From: Candidatus Latescibacterota bacterium | Lineage (GTDB): Bacteria; Krumholzibacteriota; Krumholzibacteriia; JACNKJ01 | Assembly (NCBI GenBank): GCA_020633725.1 | Contig: JACKDC010000004.1 | Location: 261,085 to 325,084 of the forward strand | Length of the DNA: 64,000 nucleotides | Reading direction: 5' to 3' | In this document: positions 57,464 to 64,000 of the stretch, piece by piece | Numbering within the stretch: position 1 is the first letter of the stretch | Layout of the letters: each line of letters opens with the position of its first letter | Made by a program: the position numbers and the translations under genes | Notes under the pieces: model-generated | Database searches by the model: none | The model's input: only the letters and a program-made list of their open reading frames with translations | What the model was told of the DNA's origin: nothing

Positions 57464-58908
57464 CGGATCAGCGTGAGCCGCTGGCCGCTGGTCTCCTTCT
57501 CCGTCTCGGCGCGCAGCAGGTAGACGCCGGCCGGGAGCTTGCGGCCCGCGTCGTCGCGGCCGTCCCAGCTCAGATCCAGCGTGCCGGCCGCGGCGGGACC
57601 GGCGCGCAGCGTGCGCAGACGGCGGCCGTCGACGGCGTAGATGCCCACGTCCAGCCGCGCGCGCGGCGCGTCGAGGCTCAGCGCGACGCGGCTGCGCTCG
57701 GTGAACGGGTTCGGCGTCGCCGGGGCGAAGCGCAGGCCGTTCGGCAGCAGGTCGACGCCGGTCTGATCGCCGGTGTCGAGACGCCACAGCGAGCCGCCGG
57801 TGAGGATGTAGACCTCGCCCGCCGTGTCCTCGCCGAAGGAGAGCACGTTGCCCACGCTCTGATCCGTGAGGATGCGCTGGGCGATGTCGGTGTCGGGATC
57901 ATATGCCCAGACGAAGCCGGTGCAGTAGTCGCCGAAGAGGTACTTGCCCTGCAGCTCGGGCACGCTGCCGCGATAGAGATAGCCGCCCGTGATCGAGCAG
58001 TTGCCGCCGGAGTGGTTGTACTCGTGGACGGGCAGGGTGAGGCCGGTCTGGTCGCAGCCGCTGGGGGGATCGTAGCAGTGCGTCCCCTCCATGGTGTTCC
58101 AGCCGTAGTTCACGCCGCCGGCCGCGCCGGCGAGCTGGTGGTCGATCTCCTCCCAGTTGCCCTGGCCCACGTCGGCGATCCAGAGGTCGCCGGTGCCGCG
58201 GTCGAAGCTGAAGCGCCAGGGGTTGCGGAGGCCGTAGGCCCAGATCTCGTCGAGGCCGGCCGTGCCCACGAAGGGGTTGCTGGCGGGAACCGTGTAGGGC
58301 ATGGCGCCGTCCACGTCCAGGCGCAGGATCGAGCCCAGCGGCGTGTTGATGTTCTGGCCGTTCTCGTTGGGGTCGCCGCTGCCGCCGCCGTCGCCGAGGC
58401 CGGCGTAGAGGTAGCCGTCGGGCCCGAAGGCCAGCATGCCGCCGTTGTGGTTCGAGGCGGGCTGGGTGACCTCCAGCAGCTCCATCCGGCTGCCGGGATC
58501 GGCCACGTCGGGGTTCGCGCTCACGGAGTAGCGCGCGATCCAGCTGCAGCGGTTGCTGAGATCGCAGTCCGCGTTGTCCGCGCTGTGGTAGACGTAGAAG
58601 TAGCCATTGCTCGCGTAGTCGGGATGGAAGGCCAGGCCCAGGAGGCCCTGCTCCCCGCCGTAGTTGACGATGGCGCTGATGTCGAGGAAGGGCGAGGGCA
58701 GCAGGGTCTCCGTCGCCATGTCCATGACGCGGATCACGCCGCCCTGCTGGACGATGAAGAGCCGCTGGTCGTCACCTGCGGGCGCCGTGGCGAAGACGGC
58801 CGCGTTCAGGCCGTTCAGCACCTGGGTCGCTTCGTAGGCCTGAACGCCATTCACGGCGCCCAGGCTGAGCGCCAGTCCAAGGATCGTCGTCGCTGTCAAT
58901 CGAGTCAT
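57460..58908 (-). CDS. PQQ-dependent soluble sugar (glucose/sorbosone) dehydrogenase-like beta-propeller with T9SS-type CTD
   Basis: ATG 58908 (MTRLTATTILGLALSLGAVNG); ...GLLGLAFHPDY..., NHNGG, YGLRNPWRFSFD motifs of YliI/sGDH family; C-terminal sorting tail ...GVYLLRAETE...LTLIR. Confidence 0.75.
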   Translation of the reverse strand: MTRLTATTILGLALSLGAVNGVQAYEATQVLNGLNAAVFATAPAGDDQRLFIVQQGGVIRVMDMATETLLPSPFLDISAIVNYGGEQGLLGLAFHPDYASNGYFYVYHSADNADCDLSNRCSWIARYSVSANPDVADPGSRMELLEVTQPASNHNGGMLAFGPDGYLYAGLGDGGGSGDPNENGQNINTPLGSILRLDVDGAMPYTVPASNPFVGTAGLDEIWAYGLRNPWRFSFDRGTGDLWIADVGQGNWEEIDHQLAGAAGGVNYGWNTMEGTHCYDPPSGCDQTGLTLPVHEYNHSGGNCSITGGYLYRGSVPELQGKYLFGDYCTGFVWAYDPDTDIAQRILTDQSVGNVLSFGEDTAGEVYILTGGSLWRLDTGDQTGVDLLPNGLRFAPATPNPFTERSRVALSLDAPRARLDVGIYAVDGRRLRTLRAGPAAAGTLDLSWDGRDDAGRKLPAGVYLLRAETEKETSGQRLTLIR

Positions 58909-58976
58909 CGCGGGCCTCCTTGTCTGGAAAATCTTACTTCCACCAAGATAGCCGATCGCGAATCCCGTGCCAGGGG

Positions 58977-60113
58977 TCAGATCCCTCGAACGATGCGCCA
59001 GACCTTCCCGCCCCCCTCCATGACGTAGAGCTCCCCCCTGTGGTCGCGGCCGAAGGACGTCACCGGCCCCAAGTCCTTGAGAATCTCCAGAGTAGCTCCC
59101 GAAACGGGGTCGAAGGCCCACACCTTCCCCGCGCACCAGTCGGAGTAGAAGTAGTGCCCGGCCAGCTCCGGCAGCGCCGCGCCCCGGTAGACGTGCCCAC
59201 CGGTGATCGAGCAGCCCATCCGGTGCGAGTACTCGTGGACGGGGTCCACCAGGCCCGGGCGCTCGCAATCCTCGGGCGGGTCGTAGCAGTGGGCGCCCTC
59301 GCGCAGGCGCCAGCCGTAGTTGAGGCCGCCGGCGCCCGCGGGCTGGCGGTCGATCTCCTCCCAGGCCTTTTGACCCACGTCGGCGATCCAGAGCTCGTCC
59401 GTGGCCGGATCGAAGCTGAAGCGCCAGGGGTTCCGCAGCCCATACGCCCAGATCTCGGGCCGCGCGCCCGCGGTCTCCACGAAGGGGTTGTCCGGCGGGA
59501 TGCCGTAGGCCGCCCCCGGGGGCGGGTTGTCGACGTCCAGGCGCAGGATCTTGCCCAGCAGGCTGCCGAGGTCCTGCGCCCGGTTGCCGGGGTCGCCGGC
59601 GCCGCCGCCGTCGCCCATGCCGATGTAGAGGTAGCCGTCGGGGCCGAACTCCACCATGCCGCCGTTGTGGTTCGTGTTGGGCTGCTCGATGCTGAGGATC
59701 GTCCGCGCGCTGGCCGGGTCGGCGGCGCCCGGGCTCGCGGCCCGGAACTCGACGATCTGCGTGGTCCCGCGGCGGTCGGTGTAGTCCACCACGAAGCGCC
59801 GGTTGTCGGCGAAGCCCGGGTGGAAGGCGAGGCCGAGCAGGCCGCGCTCGCCGCCGCCCCGGGCGTCGGGGTCGAAGACCTCGCCGCTCAGGTCGAGGAA
59901 GGGCGCCTCGCGCAGGGCGTCGCCGACCATGACGCGGATCCGCCCGCTCTGCTCCACGATGAAGCTGCGCACGCTGTCGCCCGGGGCCTGGACCAGGTAG
60001 AGCGGCTTGTGGAGCGCGTCGGAGAGCAGTTCCGCGCGGTAGTCGCTGGCGGGGCTCGAGCAGGCGGCGGCGAGGGCGCAGCTCGCGGTCAGCAGGAGCG
60101 GGAGTCGTCGCAT
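58977..60113 (-). CDS. PQQ-dependent soluble sugar dehydrogenase-like protein (paralog without CTD)
   Basis: ATG 60113 (MRRLPLLLTASCALAAACSS); same GLLGLAFHP, NHNGG, YGLRNPWRFSFD motifs. Confidence 0.75.
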   Translation of the reverse strand: MRRLPLLLTASCALAAACSSPASDYRAELLSDALHKPLYLVQAPGDSVRSFIVEQSGRIRVMVGDALREAPFLDLSGEVFDPDARGGGERGLLGLAFHPGFADNRRFVVDYTDRRGTTQIVEFRAASPGAADPASARTILSIEQPNTNHNGGMVEFGPDGYLYIGMGDGGGAGDPGNRAQDLGSLLGKILRLDVDNPPPGAAYGIPPDNPFVETAGARPEIWAYGLRNPWRFSFDPATDELWIADVGQKAWEEIDRQPAGAGGLNYGWRLREGAHCYDPPEDCERPGLVDPVHEYSHRMGCSITGGHVYRGAALPELAGHYFYSDWCAGKVWAFDPVSGATLEILKDLGPVTSFGRDHRGELYVMEGGGKVWRIVRGI

Positions 60114-60177
60114 GGCTTCCTCCGGGTGGGGGACGACCGGAGGCAAGCATGTCGGCGGGCGCTTGCCAAGGGGACGT

Positions 60178-60206
60178 TTGGCGCTGGCCGCCGGCGCTGG
60201 TATAAT
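60178..60206 (+). promoter_or_regulatory. sigma70-like promoter TTGGCG-N17-TATAAT upstream of CDS 60232
   Basis: Perfect TATAAT 60201-60206 in GC-rich context; GGAGG RBS 60221-60225. Confidence 0.45.
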
Positions 60207-60231
60207 GATTTGCGATCCTGGGAGGTGCGTG

Positions 60232-63200
60232 ATGAGAACTGGCGCCGCGTTCTGCTGCCTGACCCTGGCTCTGGTGAGTCGCGCGCTTTCCGTGAACGCC
60301 ACCGTTCTGCGGGTCCCCGAGGATTTCACCTCGATCCAGTCAGCCATCACGGCCGCAACGGATGGGGACACGATCTCGGTCGCGCCCGGCAACTACAACC
60401 AGGTGAGCTTCTCGTTCGGCGGCCGGCAGATCGTCGTCAGAGGACGTTACGGCGGCGTCTGGCGTCCGATCCTCGATGGCCAGGACAGTCTGGGCAACGC
60501 GGTGTACTTCGGGTCGGGCGAAGGCCCGGCGGCTGTGCTCGAGAACTTCGTCATCCGCCGCTATCGCGCCTGGGATGCGAGCGCGGTGAGGTGCAGCGGA
60601 ACTTCGCCCACCCTCCGCGGCCTGCTGATCGAGGATTGCGGGGCCGATCCCATCGGCGACATCGTTTCCGGTGGCGGGGCGATCCGGTGCACGGACGGTG
60701 CCTCCCCTCGGCTGGAGGACTCGGTCATCCAGCGCTGCGAACAGGTATTCGGCGGCGCTGTCTACCTCGAGGATGACTCCTCGTTCACCTGTGTCGGCAC
60801 CACCTTCGAGGACTGCCGCGCGGAGCATGGAGGGGCCATCTGTGGCTACCTCCCGGACTACGTCAGCGCTCAGGTCACGCTACAGGGTTGCAGTTTCCAT
60901 CTGTGCAGGGCGATCGGCAGCGTGGACTTCCACAACAACTGGTACGGCGGCAACGGTGGGGCCCTCTACACCTATGCGGTGACCACGGTCAGCGGATGCA
61001 CTTTCGACACGTGCGGGGCGGCTTTCGACCCGGCTCAATCGGGAGCCGGCCGGGGAGGGGCCCTCTATCTCCTCGGCGAGAGCAGTGGGGTCGCCGACTG
61101 CGAGTTCAGGGGCTGTAGCGGCCGTTCCGGCGCCGCCATCTACGGTTGGTCTGTCGCATCCATCGAACGTGTCTCGATAGACGGTGGTTCGAACGTGAAC
61201 GGAGCGATCCATCTCGCGTCGGGCAGCTGCGCCATCGAGACCACGATCGTGTCCGACTGCGATGGCGAGGGGATCCATCTCGCGGGCGGGACAGTCACGG
61301 TCGCCTGCTCCGACGTCTTCGGCAACCTCGATGGCAACTACGCTGGCTTGTTGGAAGACCAGACGGGCATCAATGGCAACCTCAGCGAGGACCCGCTCTT
61401 CTGCACCGACGTGTTCAACCCAGATCAGCCCCTCGGCCTGGATGATGACTCGCCATGCGCTGCGGCCAACAACGGCTGCGGCGTGACCATCGGCCGGCAC
61501 GACGTGGGCTGCGACATCCTCTGGTTGCAGGTCTCCGGCCGTGTCGTCGACTTCTTCGGCGCGCCGGTTGAACTCGTCGAGCTCCTGGGCGCCTACGAGC
61601 CGGCGCAAACCGCCGCGGACGGAACCTACAGCTTCTCGGCGCCAGTTCATTGGTCGGGCACTGTCACTCCGATGCGCGAGGACCTTGGGTTCACACCCGC
61701 GTCGCGCACATACAACAATCTCGGCGACGATCACGCCGATCAGGACTACCAGGCCTACGATCACTTCACGATCAGCGGCGCCGTGTCATCCGCCACCGGC
61801 GTACCGCTCGCCAATGTTTCGCTCCTCGGTGGCCCCGAAGACTGCCTGACGGCAGTCGACGGCAGCTACTCCCTCGTGGTGGACCAAGGCTGGAGCGGCA
61901 CGCTCACGCCGGAGCGTGAGGGCCTCGCCTTCGATCCGCCGTCGCGAGACTACGTCGATGCACAGGTCGACTTTCTCGGGCAGGACTATCTCGGCACCGG
62001 CCGTGGCGTGTTGCATGTTCCCGGGGACTACCTCACGCTGGCGGCCGCGTTCGCGGCCTACGCACCCGGCGATACGATCCTGGTGGCGCCCGGCACCTAT
62101 GCCGGTCCGGGCTTCCGCAACCTCGAGTGGGGTGACCTCGACCTCGTGTTGATCTCCGAGGCCGGCGCGGCCCAGACGATCATCGACCTCGAGAACGACG
62201 GCCGCTTTGTGCGTATGGTTGACGCAGGTGACGACGAGACTCTGCGCGGCTTCACCCTCCGCAACGGCCGAGTCAACGGCGCGTACCCTGGCAATGGCCG
62301 CGGCGGCGCACTCTGCATGATCGACTCGTCCCCACGCTTGCAGGATCTGGTACTCGAGTCCTGCCGTTCCCTCAGCGCCGAGGGTGGTGCGATCTTCGGA
62401 GGAGGATCGAGCTTCACGCTCGAGGACGCCTGGCTCGAGAACAACGAAACTCTTGCGGGCGCAGGGGGGGCCATCTGCTGTCTCCAGTCCAGCGCGCCCA
62501 CGCTACGCCGCGTCGTGTGCGTCGGCAACGTGTCCGCGGATGCCGGCGGCGCTTTGGCCTTTGCTGACGGCGCGGTTGCCCTCCTGGAACAGGTGACCCT
62601 CCACCAGAACAGGGCCGAGGGAGCTGGCGGTGCCCTCCATGCCGGCAGCGGCAGCCTCGTGCAACTCGACGGCGTGCTGGCGACGCTGAACGTCGCGAGC
62701 GGGGGGGCTGGCGGGATCCACGCCGAGGATGCGGTGAGTCTGCCGGGGGTCTCGTGCAGCAACGTGTTCGGCAACACGCCGGGCAACTACGGCGGCGAGC
62801 TGGCGGACCAGACCGGGCTGAACGGCAACATCAGCGCCTGGCCGGCCTACTGCGACCTCGCTCTGCCCGACCTGCACCTCCTCGGAGAGTCCCCCTGCCT
62901 GCCCGGGAACAACAGCTGCGGCGTGCTCATGGGGGCACTCGGCAGCTGCGAGCCCACCGATGCTGCGCCCGCGACGTCTGCGGCGCTCACCTTGCAGGCA
63001 CATCCCAATCCCTTCAATCCCGCGACCACGCTGCGCCTGAATCTGCCCGCGGCAGGCAGCGTCACCCTGCGCGTGCTGGACGTGGCGGGGCGCCGCGTGG
63101 TCTCGATCCTCGACGGGGTGTCGCTCCCGGCCGGCGAGACGCGGCTGCAATGGCAGGCGGAGAACGACCACGGCCACGCCCTGCCCAGCGGTGTCTACTT

Positions 63201-63258
63201 CGCGGACTTGCAGGTCGCTGGAGAAAGCCGCAAGCTGAAGCTGCTGCTGCTGAAGTAG
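60232..63258 (+). CDS. secreted protein with two right-handed beta-helix modules, two CarboxypepD_reg-like domains and T9SS-type CTD
   Basis: ATG 60232; signal MRTGAAFCCLTLALVSRALS; each module ends in NGN(L/I)S..P.(F/Y)C...SPC..NN(G/S)CGV; C-terminus HPNPFNPATTLRLNLP...SGVYFADL...KLLLLK. Confidence 0.75.
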   Translation: MRTGAAFCCLTLALVSRALSVNATVLRVPEDFTSIQSAITAATDGDTISVAPGNYNQVSFSFGGRQIVVRGRYGGVWRPILDGQDSLGNAVYFGSGEGPAAVLENFVIRRYRAWDASAVRCSGTSPTLRGLLIEDCGADPIGDIVSGGGAIRCTDGASPRLEDSVIQRCEQVFGGAVYLEDDSSFTCVGTTFEDCRAEHGGAICGYLPDYVSAQVTLQGCSFHLCRAIGSVDFHNNWYGGNGGALYTYAVTTVSGCTFDTCGAAFDPAQSGAGRGGALYLLGESSGVADCEFRGCSGRSGAAIYGWSVASIERVSIDGGSNVNGAIHLASGSCAIETTIVSDCDGEGIHLAGGTVTVACSDVFGNLDGNYAGLLEDQTGINGNLSEDPLFCTDVFNPDQPLGLDDDSPCAAANNGCGVTIGRHDVGCDILWLQVSGRVVDFFGAPVELVELLGAYEPAQTAADGTYSFSAPVHWSGTVTPMREDLGFTPASRTYNNLGDDHADQDYQAYDHFTISGAVSSATGVPLANVSLLGGPEDCLTAVDGSYSLVVDQGWSGTLTPEREGLAFDPPSRDYVDAQVDFLGQDYLGTGRGVLHVPGDYLTLAAAFAAYAPGDTILVAPGTYAGPGFRNLEWGDLDLVLISEAGAAQTIIDLENDGRFVRMVDAGDDETLRGFTLRNGRVNGAYPGNGRGGALCMIDSSPRLQDLVLESCRSLSAEGGAIFGGGSSFTLEDAWLENNETLAGAGGAICCLQSSAPTLRRVVCVGNVSADAGGALAFADGAVALLEQVTLHQNRAEGAGGALHAGSGSLVQLDGVLATLNVASGGAGGIHAEDAVSLPGVSCSNVFGNTPGNYGGELADQTGLNGNISAWPAYCDLALPDLHLLGESPCLPGNNSCGVLMGALGSCEPTDAAPATSAALTLQAHPNPFNPATTLRLNLPAAGSVTLRVLDVAGRRVVSILDGVSLPAGETRLQWQAENDHGHALPSGVYFADLQVAGESRKLKLLLLK

Positions 63259-63293
63259 CCGCCCCCGGGGGCGAGTAGGACCGCTTGGTCCGG
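63259..63293 (+). terminator. REP-like palindrome (copy 7, CCGCCCCCGGGGGCGAG) followed by hairpin GGACCgcttGGTCC; terminator-like module after CDS 60232..63258
   Basis: Same two-hairpin arrangement as 18835-18875 but without T-tract. Confidence 0.4.
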
Positions 63294-63395
63294 ATTCTGC
63301 GCTTGCGGCGGGTTCGAGGTTTACGTCCACGCCGGGAAGCCGATAGACTCCCTTTCGCCATCCCAGTCCGGCGGTGGCGAAGGGGGGAGAGCGGC

Positions 63396-64000
63396 ATGCG
63401 CCAGCCGGCGCGACTCTGGAGACAGCGTCTGGGACTCCTCGCGGGACTGCTGCTCGCGGCGCAGGGCTGCGACAAGGGCGGCACGCCGTCCGCGCCGGTC
63501 ATCCCGCCGGTCGACCCCATCAGCTTCGGGGCGGGCCCCGAGGTCACGCCGCTGGGCCTCTTCGTCGACCAGAGCACCACGCTCACCTTCCGGGTGCAGC
63601 CGGAGCTGCTCGACGACTGGACGCTCACCGAGCTCCGCCTCTACACGGTGACCGCCGGGGGCGACAGCCTCGCCTACCTCGGCGGGCTCTACGACGACGG
63701 CGATCTCATCCACGGCGACGAGATCGAGGCCGACGGCGTCTACACGGGCCGCCTCTACGACGTGATCCACCACACGCCGCAGACCCTGCGCCTGCGCGTG
63801 CTGGCCTCGGCCGAGGGCGTCAACGGTGGCCGCGCGACCCTGTGGTCGGAGCTGCTGCAGATCCCTGTGGCCACGCAGCCCGACGCGACCGACCTGGACG
63901 CGATCCTCGCCCTGCTCGACCAGGCCGAGAGCGATTACACGGGCCTCGTCGAGGCCGGGACCGCGGACCACGTGGCCAAGGCGCAGCTCGCGAGCTGGCT
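63396..64000 (+). CDS. putative lipoprotein, 3' partial (runs out of window)
   Basis: ATG 63396 with AGGGGGGAG RBS; MRQPARLWRQRLGLLAGLLLAAQGC signal + Cys; frame open to window end. Confidence 0.45.
   Translation, partial: MRQPARLWRQRLGLLAGLLLAAQGCDKGGTPSAPVIPPVDPISFGAGPEVTPLGLFVDQSTTLTFRVQPELLDDWTLTELRLYTVTAGGDSLAYLGGLYDDGDLIHGDEIEADGVYTGRLYDVIHHTPQTLRLRVLASAEGVNGGRATLWSELLQIPVATQPDATDLDAILALLDQAESDYTGLVEAGTADHVAKAQLASW

Noticed and set aside
57460-60150. 896-aa ORF in the track spanning both PQQ dehydrogenase genes
   Set aside because: N-terminal 414 codons are a stop-free shadow of the + strand/other frame; real gene starts at ATG 58908 with signal peptide; second paralog is in a different frame (58977..60113)

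Overview
This 64 kb window is very GC-rich (about 70% by eye) and looks like a chromosomal segment from a high-GC bacterium. I suspect an FCB-superphylum lineage such as Gemmatimonadota or Candidatus Eisenbacteria, because eight proteins carry a T9SS-type C-terminal sorting domain and a complete Bacteroides-type aerotolerance (bat) operon is present; this placement is inference only. I support about 57 CDS and one tRNA-His, with no rRNA, CRISPR, transposase or integrase. Recognisable loci: (1) a five-gene peptide ABC importer operon (4861..11347, +); (2) the bat operon on the minus strand (27498 down to 18897), diverging from trxA across a 390-bp intergenic region; (3) tRNA-His directly upstream of hisS; (4) housekeeping and accessory genes: pcm, a heme-oxygenase-like protein, lepB, an M20D amidohydrolase, a GNAT, a VOC protein, a MsbA-like exporter, a methionine-gamma-lyase-family PLP enzyme, a NifU-like protein, a secreted FAD oxidoreductase translationally coupled to a GT39 glycosyltransferase, and a DUF1697 protein. 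Eight secreted proteins share the C-terminal sorting domain: three beta-helix proteins, one FG-GAP protein, two LVIVD beta-propellers, one BNR/Asp-box propeller, one PQQ sugar dehydrogenase and one large HExxH metallopeptidase-like protein. Main hunt results: (a) a duplicated 150-170 nt promoter-bearing element, one copy ending in an intrinsic terminator, which I treat as a candidate small RNA family; (b) a REP-like perfect palindrome CCCGCCCCCGGGGGCG(G/A)G present seven times, always intergenic; (c) two lower-GC islands (11.4-12.3 kb and 42.95-47.6 kb), each encoding secreted proteins; (d) two long fused reading frames inside the bat operon; (e) a pair of GATGGCCATC palindromes in a divergent promoter region. 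Many long Arg/Pro/Ala-rich ORFs in the six-frame track are GC-driven shadow ORFs; the track also uses GTG/TTG as 'M', so several starts were re-placed on RBS and signal-peptide grounds. All homology calls rest on motifs I recognise by eye, not on database searches.
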